The notes under the pieces are model-generated. The model was not told the DNA's origin. It saw only the letters and a program-made list of their open reading frames with translations, and ran no database searches. Source: Treponemataceae bacterium (lineage in GTDB: Bacteria > Spirochaetota > Spirochaetia > Treponematales > Rectinemataceae). From it: 64,000 nucleotides of DNA. The DNA lies in NCBI GenBank assembly GCA_963678065.2, contig CAXXVZ010000002.1, positions 288,001-352,000 on the forward strand, in the 5' to 3' direction. Numbering within the stretch: position 1 is the stretch's first letter; the number at the start of each line of letters is the position of its first letter. Positions 57,596 through 64,000 of the stretch are shown in pieces. The translations under genes and the position numbers were made by a program.

Positions 57596-60382
57596 ATGGC
57601 CGATGAAACCGCGAAAAGCAGCCTCCTGCGCCTCAGCCCGGCGGGCCATCTCCGGCCGGTCGCGGGAATCACGGACCATCCATCGCCCGCGGTGCAAAAA
57701 GCGATGGAGGCTTTCATATCGGGCGAGGCCGCGGGGCTTTTCGGACTGGCCGCCCGTCCCGGAAGTGGGGACCTGCCGCCGGAGTTGGCTTTCTGGCGGG
57801 ATTTCGCCGCCCGCTGCCTGACAGAGCGCTGCCACAGACCCCCGGGCGCGGCGGTCCTCGAGCCGGTCGCGCCGCTGCCGGAGGCGGAGATCATGAGCCT
57901 CCTCCTGGGCGCTCCGCCCATGGAAGGGGCCGAGTACCTCACGGCGGAAGTTCTCGAGCGTCTCTGGCAGTCGCTCGACGAGTGGATCCGGAGCGAAGCG
58001 GCGGCCGCGGGCGGTTTTGAGGCTTTCCTTTCAGCGCGGGCGCCGCTCTGGCGGCAGGTCGGCAGGGTATGCTTTCACCTTGCGGAGAACAGGAAGGATC
58101 CGGAATTTCCCTTCGCATTCCTCGCCACCTATGCGCCCCGCCTCGCCGGGTCCAGCCAAGTCCGCTACCAGCCGCTCGCAAAAGCCCTGCAGGAATTCGC
58201 GGGCGAACGCAACCGCAAGGCCCTCGTGCACCTCCTCACCCCCATCCACAGCGCGGCCGGGAAAAGCGCCATCATCCGCGATCTGCTCGACACCAACGAC
58301 ATTTATCATCCGCTGGCGTGGACAGCGGATGAGGCGTACCGCTTTCTGGGCGAAATCCCCCTGTTCGAGGAGAGCGGCGTTCTGGTGCGCGTCCCCGACT
58401 GGTGGGCAAAACGGCCGCGCCCCCGGGTAACTGTCAGCATCGGTTCCAGGGCGAGAGGGCTCTTGGGCGCGACATCGATGCTGGATTTCGATGTCGCCGT
58501 CGCGCTCGGCGACGAAACGATCACGGAAAAAGAAATCAAGGAGATCCTCGCAGGCGGGGCGGGGCTGTTTCTGCTCAAGGGGAAATGGGTGGAAGTCGAC
58601 CCCGACCGCCTGTCCGAAGCCCTAGCGCATTGGAAAAAGGTGGAGAAACGCGTCGGCGCTGACGGCATCTCCTTTGTGGAGGGCATGCGCCTTCTGGCCG
58701 GCGCCCCTTCGGATCTCGCTTCGCTCGAGGAGGAATCCGTCAGACAGTGGTCCTTCGTGGACTCAGGTACATGGCTGAAGGATACGCTCGCGAGCCTCCG
58801 TTCGCCCACGGCTATCGAGGCCGCACTGCCCGGCGCGGATTTGCTCGCGACGCTGCGTCACTACCAGGAATCGGGTCTGCGCTGGCTGTGGCTTTTGTCC
58901 CGCATGGGGCTCGGCGCCTGCCTCGCGGACGACATGGGCCTCGGAAAAACCATCCAAGTTCTGGCCCTTCTCCTTCTCGTCAAAAAGGAATCCTCAAGGA
59001 AATCTCCGACCAAATCCGCGAAGAGGTCCGCCGGAAAAATCTCGAAGGAGGCTGTAAAGGAAGCAAAAAATCCTTCTCTCCTTGTCCTCCCGGCCTCTCT
59101 GCTCGCCAACTGGAAGGCGGAGATGGAGCGCTTTGCGCCCTCGCTGCGCGCCCGCTTCGTCCACCCTTCGATGATGCCGAAAGGCGGCGCCGCAGGCGAT
59201 GCTGCAGGCGCCGCCAAAGGCGACCCCGGACTTGTCGACCTGCGGGATGTCGACCTCGTCGTGACGACCTACGGGATGCTGCTCCGTCAGCCTTGGATCG
59301 AGGATGTGGCGTGGAATCTCCTGATTCTGGACGAGGCGCAGGCCATAAAGAATCCCGGCTCGCGACAGACCAAGGCGGTGAAAAAGCTGCGCGCGCGGGC
59401 CCGCATTGCGCTTACGGGAACCCCCGTGGAGAACCGGCTGTCGGATCTCTGGTCGCTTTTTGACTTTCTCTGCCCCGGGCTTCTGGGATCGGCAGCGCGT
59501 TTCAAGGAATTTGTCGCGACTATGGAGAAGCGCGAGGGAGAGCGGTACGCCCCCTTGCGCAACCTGGTCGGGCCGTACATTCTGCGCAGGCTCAAGACCG
59601 ACCGCGCCGTGATCGCGGACCTGCCGGACAAAACCGAAGTTTGCGCCTTCTGCAGTCTGACAAAGACGCAGGCCGCGCTGTACCGCTCGGTCGTGACAGA
59701 TCTGAAGGAAAATCTGCGCGGTTCCCAGGGTATCGCCCGCAAGGGGATCATCCTCTCGACCCTGATGAAACTCAAGCAGGTCTGCAACCATCCCGCACAG
59801 CTCTCCGGCGACGGCGACTGGGATCCGCAGGCGAGTGGAAAGTTCGCCCGCCTCGCGGAGATCTGCGAGGAGATCGCTTCCCGCCAGGATCGCGTCCTCG
59901 TGTTCACGCAATTCCGCGAGATGACAACGCCTGTCGCCGCCTTTCTGGCCGGGATATTCGGCAGGGAGGGCCTCGTCCTGCACGGCGGCACGCCCGTGAA
60001 GGAGCGGCGGAAACTCGTCGAATCCTTCCAGGAAGAGGACGGTCCGCCCTTCTTCGTGCTGTCCCTCAAGGCCGGCGGCACAGGCCTCAACCTCACTGCC
60101 GCCTCGCATGTCATCCACTTCGACCGCTGGTGGAATCCGGCGGTGGAGAACCAGGCGACGGACCGCGCGTTCCGCATCGGCCAGAAAAAGAATGTCCTGG
60201 TGCACAAATTCGTCTGCCAGGGCACCGTCGAAGAGAAAATCGACGAGCTGATCGGTGAAAAGTCGGCTCTGGCGCGGGATCTCCTGGAGGGCGGGGCCGA
60301 AGTCATGCTCACCGGGATGACGGATGCGCAGCTGCTCGCTACAGTGAGTCTGGACCTGGACCGCGCTCAGTCCGGGTTTTGA
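57596..60382 (+). CDS. SNF2-family helicase-like ATPase (YwqA/HelZ type)
   Basis: LRHYQ, LADDMGLGKT, LDEAQAIKN, LTGTPVENRL, LRRLK, LVFTQF, SLKAGGTGLNL, RWWNPAVENQATDRAFRIGQ. Confidence 0.95.
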   Translation: MADETAKSSLLRLSPAGHLRPVAGITDHPSPAVQKAMEAFISGEAAGLFGLAARPGSGDLPPELAFWRDFAARCLTERCHRPPGAAVLEPVAPLPEAEIMSLLLGAPPMEGAEYLTAEVLERLWQSLDEWIRSEAAAAGGFEAFLSARAPLWRQVGRVCFHLAENRKDPEFPFAFLATYAPRLAGSSQVRYQPLAKALQEFAGERNRKALVHLLTPIHSAAGKSAIIRDLLDTNDIYHPLAWTADEAYRFLGEIPLFEESGVLVRVPDWWAKRPRPRVTVSIGSRARGLLGATSMLDFDVAVALGDETITEKEIKEILAGGAGLFLLKGKWVEVDPDRLSEALAHWKKVEKRVGADGISFVEGMRLLAGAPSDLASLEEESVRQWSFVDSGTWLKDTLASLRSPTAIEAALPGADLLATLRHYQESGLRWLWLLSRMGLGACLADDMGLGKTIQVLALLLLVKKESSRKSPTKSAKRSAGKISKEAVKEAKNPSLLVLPASLLANWKAEMERFAPSLRARFVHPSMMPKGGAAGDAAGAAKGDPGLVDLRDVDLVVTTYGMLLRQPWIEDVAWNLLILDEAQAIKNPGSRQTKAVKKLRARARIALTGTPVENRLSDLWSLFDFLCPGLLGSAARFKEFVATMEKREGERYAPLRNLVGPYILRRLKTDRAVIADLPDKTEVCAFCSLTKTQAALYRSVVTDLKENLRGSQGIARKGIILSTLMKLKQVCNHPAQLSGDGDWDPQASGKFARLAEICEEIASRQDRVLVFTQFREMTTPVAAFLAGIFGREGLVLHGGTPVKERRKLVESFQEEDGPPFFVLSLKAGGTGLNLTAASHVIHFDRWWNPAVENQATDRAFRIGQKKNVLVHKFVCQGTVEEKIDELIGEKSALARDLLEGGAEVMLTGMTDAQLLATVSLDLDRAQSGF

Positions 60383-60418
60383 CACAGTCCTGGTTTTGAT
60401 GCAGTCCTTGTATTGCGT
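60368..60418 (+). repeat. Three 17-bp tandem units spanning the SNF2 stop codon
   Basis: CAGTCCGGGTTTTGACA / CAGTCCTGGTTTTGATG / CAGTCCTTGTATTGCGT. Confidence 0.85.
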
Positions 60419-60445
60419 GCGGCGACTCCGCACGGGGAGGCTAAA

Positions 60446-61573
60446 GTGGGTTATGGATATGACGGATGGCCGCGCTACGTTCCCGTGGCGGAGCGGCGTC
60501 GTACTGCCAGGCGCGAGATGGAAAAGCTGGCAAAAAAGGGCGCACTTGTTCAGCCTGTCGTCATAGAGGGGAAAAAAATCGCGAAGACTTTCTGGGGGAA
60601 AGCCTGGTGCGACAACCTCGAAGGTTACAGCGATTTCGCGAACCGGCTTCCCCGCGGCAGGACCTACGTCAGGAACGGCTCGGTCTGCCACCTCGAGATC
60701 GCCGAGGGCGAAGTGCGGGCGAAAGTGAGCGGCAGCGAACTGTACACCGTGACGATCGGCATCAAGCCGCTCGGCGCAAAGGCCTGGGACGACATAAAGA
60801 AACGCTGCACAGGAAAGATCGCCTCGCTCCTGGACCTTCTGGGCGGAAAACTGGCGGACGGGGTCATGGAGATCGTGACCGACCGGAAGAACGGCCTCTT
60901 TCCCAAGCCGGGCGAGATTACGATGGACTGCAGCTGCCCCGACTGGGCCGATATGTGCAAGCACGTGGCGGCGGTCCTCTATGGCGTGGGTGCACGGCTC
61001 GACGAACGCCCGGAACTGCTCTTCCTTTTGCGCGGCGTCAATCACCTGGATCTCATCTCGGCCACTGTCGAGGACGCCGTGGCGACGGTCGTGAAGGGCG
61101 GCTCGCGCAGGCGGATCGCGGAAAGCGAACTCTCCGAAGTTTTTGGCGTCGATATGGAGGAGGGCAGCGCAGGCAAAGCGGCGCCCGCGTCAAAACCCGA
61201 ACCCGCCGGCAAAAAGCCCGTCACAGCCGAAAGCCGTGACCGAAAGAAGGCCGCGCCGATTCCCAAAGTTCTTCCCAAAGCCTCTGTCAAATCCTCTGGC
61301 AAAATTCCTAAAAAAGCTCCCGTCCGGTCTGTCCCTCGCGCCGCCCCGCAACCGTTTCCCGGGGAAATCACCGGCACGCAGATCTGCGCGTTTCGTGCGC
61401 GTCTGGGTTTGACCGCGAAAGACTTTGCAAAGCTCCTGGGAGTCTCGGGCGGCGCGGTTTCGGTCTGGGAGAGAAACAACAAGGCGCTCAACCTGCAGGA
61501 CCGGAGCCGCAGGGCACTCGAAAAGGTCTGGAACGCGAACATGAAACCGAAGCGCAGGCGGGGAAACAATTGA
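60446..61573 (+). CDS. SWIM zinc-finger protein (YwqB type) with Lys/Pro-rich linker and C-terminal XRE-like HTH
   Basis: GGGGAGG RBS before GTG; NRLPRGRTYVRNG, CSCPDWADMCKH, LFLLRG; C-terminal FRARLGLTAKDFAKLLGVSGGAVSVWE. Confidence 0.9.
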   Translation: MGYGYDGWPRYVPVAERRRTARREMEKLAKKGALVQPVVIEGKKIAKTFWGKAWCDNLEGYSDFANRLPRGRTYVRNGSVCHLEIAEGEVRAKVSGSELYTVTIGIKPLGAKAWDDIKKRCTGKIASLLDLLGGKLADGVMEIVTDRKNGLFPKPGEITMDCSCPDWADMCKHVAAVLYGVGARLDERPELLFLLRGVNHLDLISATVEDAVATVVKGGSRRRIAESELSEVFGVDMEEGSAGKAAPASKPEPAGKKPVTAESRDRKKAAPIPKVLPKASVKSSGKIPKKAPVRSVPRAAPQPFPGEITGTQICAFRARLGLTAKDFAKLLGVSGGAVSVWERNNKALNLQDRSRRALEKVWNANMKPKRRRGNN

Positions 61574-61782
61574 TGTAAGCGACAACATACGGCTTGCGTC
61601 AACCTCCGGGTAACGGAGCGCCATATCCAGCGGAGTGATACTGCTTCTAGGAGAGGATGGATTCCCTGGACATTGAATCACTTATCGCTTTGAACCGTCT
61701 TTGACCTTGTCCAAAAACGATGACATCCTCAATGGAGCCCGCGAGGACCATTCATCCCACGGAGCCGAAGGTTGTGGAACTG

Positions 61783-62070
61783 TTATGTGCCTAGCGAGAA
61801 CAGAATCGTCCAACCAATGAAATCGTTCTCGAGCGCGGCCTTGAGGTCGCGCTCGATAGTCTTTATGACAAACTCGTTGATTGCGTAACAGGCCGGACAC
61901 TCCTGGCCGGGCCTTCCGAGATCGAGATGGACCACGATAGTCTTTTCGGGCGCGTGATAGCTGATCTTCTTTACGAGACCCAGCTCGGCCAGGCTCAGTT
62001 CGGATTGTGGTTCCCTGACGCGATCGAGTATGGCGTCGAATTTTTCTCTTACGGATAGATCCAATTCCAT
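61783..62070 (-). CDS. DUF59/SufT-like small protein with CxxC
   Basis: ILDRVREPQSELSLAELGLVKKI resembles the DUF59 N-terminus; ECPAC. Confidence 0.7.
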   Translation of the reverse strand: MELDLSVREKFDAILDRVREPQSELSLAELGLVKKISYHAPEKTIVVHLDLGRPGQECPACYAINEFVIKTIERDLKAALENDFIGWTILFSLGT

Positions 62071-62715
62071 TTATGCCTGCTCTTTTTCTTTTCCGAAGAA
62101 CCCAGGAAGATGTTTGAGGATAGCTTCCATATTGCCCTTCACCTGCCCGTTCCAGGGTGATTCGTGAATAAAAAACGTTTTGTTCTCCGGGAATGAACAG
62201 AAATGCCGGAGTCGTACAGGTTCCGGCAGTGCATCGAGAATGGTTTGCAGATTCGATGAGAGATCGGTACCTTTCCAGAGGAGTACGAAGCTCTTTTCGC
62301 CTTTGGCAACCTCGCGGCGCTGCATCGAATCGATACCGGTGATATTGGCTTTCTTAAGATACGAAGCCTCGACGAGATGGCTCTCTCCGCGAAGCTTTTT
62401 CTGGGTGAAAATATTGACGAAAAAACGGTCTCTTACACCGATCAAGAGAGAAAAAGGAAGATAGAGGAGCGAATGCCTCGGACTCAGCGTAACAGTGCCC
62501 TTGGCGCTCGTGTATGGATCATTGAGCAAATATGTAAAATTGTACCCTATCGATCCGCCGATATTGACATAGTTGGAAGTTATCGGTCTGAGGGCTTCCT
62601 CAAGATCCTTCGACAAGGTCGATACGATCCAGCGGTTTTTTTTCGTACCGTAGAAGTACGCGCCCGTGGAAACAGCGGCCAGGATTACGATCGCGGTGAT
62701 GATGAAGGGGTTCAT
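62071..62715 (-). CDS. Hypothetical protein with N-terminal membrane anchor
   Basis: AAGGA RBS before ATG; hydrophobic N-terminus; YVNIGGSIGYNF and LSPRHSLLYLPFS. Confidence 0.7.
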   Translation of the reverse strand: MNPFIITAIVILAAVSTGAYFYGTKKNRWIVSTLSKDLEEALRPITSNYVNIGGSIGYNFTYLLNDPYTSAKGTVTLSPRHSLLYLPFSLLIGVRDRFFVNIFTQKKLRGESHLVEASYLKKANITGIDSMQRREVAKGEKSFVLLWKGTDLSSNLQTILDALPEPVRLRHFCSFPENKTFFIHESPWNGQVKGNMEAILKHLPGFFGKEKEQA

Positions 62716-62729
62716 GTTTTCCTTTACGG

Positions 62730-63650
62730 TTATGGCACGGCTGCCAGAAAATCTGCCACCAGCTCGTTTGTGTCGATGCCGGCAAGGTCGTCTCTGGTAT
62801 GAAGACCGCCTGGCATGAAATCGAATCCAAAAAGGGGGGATGCCGCGAGGCGACTGTCGATAGTCCATGAAGTCAAAGAAATACCGCGTTTGTTCAGGCA
62901 GATTCCAGACAGAGGAATATCGATTCTGTCGAGTTCGTCCTTGATGCGGATCGCCTCGGAGACGGACAGGACATCCGGGTTCAGGACCACCGCCACATAG
63001 CTTTCCTTTCCGAAAAGCGACGAGAGGCCGGCGAGACGGCGTTTGATCGAGCCAAGCTTGCCATAGACTTTGTCGTCATCCTTGTCGACGCAGCTTGAAG
63101 CCACAGGAGAGGCGGGGTTGATCCTTGTTATGGTCGAACGTTTTTCGAGTATGCGCTCGCGCAATTTCGTCAATTCGGCAATCCAGAGATTGGAGATGGC
63201 GGGCATGGCGAGAAAACGCAGCGACAGCGCAGTGGGGGGCGTATCATAGACGACGATGTCGTAATCTCCCGCAAGATCACAGCGGATATGCTCGATGGCC
63301 CAGAGCATGGCGTATTCTTCGGTTCCCGGAGAGTATTTCATGATGTCAAAAAACGAATCGAGATTGAAGGTAAGGTTGTAGGAATATGTTGCCTTCATCT
63401 CTTCGCGGCTCTCGTCGAGATAGCGCTTGATCCAGTAATTCAGATCGACTTCGAGCGCGTACAGATTTGGTTCCACATAGGCGGGAGCATGAGTGAGCGC
63501 CAGACCGAGTACGTCGCCGAGGTTGTGCGCCGGGTCAAGCGATGCGACGAGGACCCGTTCCCCCGATCGCGCGAGGAAGAGCGCGAAAGCTGCGGACATT
63601 GTCGTCTTTCCGACTCCGCCCTTTCCCAAAAAAAAAGCATTTGTTTTCAA
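62730..63650 (-). CDS. Single-domain ArsA/Get3-family ATPase
   Basis: GKGGVGKTT, SLDPAHNLGD, SPGTEE, YDTPPT, VVLNPD, CLNK; TTG start. Confidence 0.9.
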   Translation of the reverse strand: MKTNAFFLGKGGVGKTTMSAAFALFLARSGERVLVASLDPAHNLGDVLGLALTHAPAYVEPNLYALEVDLNYWIKRYLDESREEMKATYSYNLTFNLDSFFDIMKYSPGTEEYAMLWAIEHIRCDLAGDYDIVVYDTPPTALSLRFLAMPAISNLWIAELTKLRERILEKRSTITRINPASPVASSCVDKDDDKVYGKLGSIKRRLAGLSSLFGKESYVAVVLNPDVLSVSEAIRIKDELDRIDIPLSGICLNKRGISLTSWTIDSRLAASPLFGFDFMPGGLHTRDDLAGIDTNELVADFLAAVP

Positions 63651-63688
63651 TACGAAGCCACCTGTTTCAATTGATGTTCAACCAACAT

Positions 63689-63967
63689 TCAATCGACTTC
63701 GAACATACTCATGAGAGATGCGAGGGGATCCTGCGCCATATCAGTTCTCGCGAGCATGATGGTAAGTTCCCGCTCCAGATAAGGCAGAAGCTCGATCGCG
63801 ATGGGAACGGGAGGCGATGGCATGCCGACAAAGCCACCAAGAAGGAGGAGCGAGAAAATATTCTCGAGTTCCTTGAGCTCGAACTCGAGCATGCTCGAAG
63901 CCTTTTCACGGTTGACCTGCAAAATCGTATCAAAAAACGTGCAGAACTTTGCCGCCAACGAAGCCAT
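63689..63967 (-). CDS. Small membrane-associated protein of the type found beside CstA and ArsA-like genes
   Basis: GGAGG RBS; LEFELKELENIFSLLLLGGFVGMPSPP..IELLPYLEREL motif. Confidence 0.72.
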   Translation of the reverse strand: MASLAAKFCTFFDTILQVNREKASSMLEFELKELENIFSLLLLGGFVGMPSPPVPIAIELLPYLERELTIMLARTDMAQDPLASLMSMFEVD

Positions 63968-64000
63968 GGATCCTCCATCAGGAAGCGATAGTACTGTTCA

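Noticed and set aside
61574..61782. Possible small RNA or gene remnant between SWIM and the DUF59-like gene
   Set aside because: No recognisable motif, stable structure or RBS-supported ORF by eye; an Rfam or tBLASTn search would be needed.
62730..63650. Arsenic-resistance arsA
   Set aside because: Single nucleotide-binding domain, altered DTAP motif, and no arsB/arsC/arsD/arsR in the window.

Overview
Bacterial, GC-rich, gene-dense window with no rRNA, tRNA, CRISPR array, integrase or transposase that I could recognise. The spirochaete-style lipoprotein suggests a free-living Spirochaetota genome (inference). In order: end of a Liv-type ABC transporter, Fe-dependent polyol dehydrogenase and GH78 rhamnosidase; a dipeptidase with a Rid-like N-terminus; a GH88/YesMN/sugar-ABC locus with a divergent GH42-like hydrolase; a visibly AT-richer ~13 kb island (frlR-frlD-hydantoinase A/B-peptide ABC-frlB-RbsD-like); an exported M20 amidohydrolase; a Dpp operon with a frameshifted permease and an M55 D-aminopeptidase; an M30-like lipoprotein; an MFS transporter; a fucosidase locus with three URO-D-fold paralogues; a SNF2/SWIM pair; and an ArsA/Get3-like ATPase cluster running off the end. 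The best candidate for an undescribed system is the island, which I read as a pathway for cyclised (lactam) Amadori compounds such as fructosyl-pyroglutamate. Other highlights are the URO-D triplet, recurrent leaderless-type promoters (one followed by a Met-Ala-stop mini-ORF) and many short tandem duplications. All family calls come from motif recognition by eye; no searches were run.
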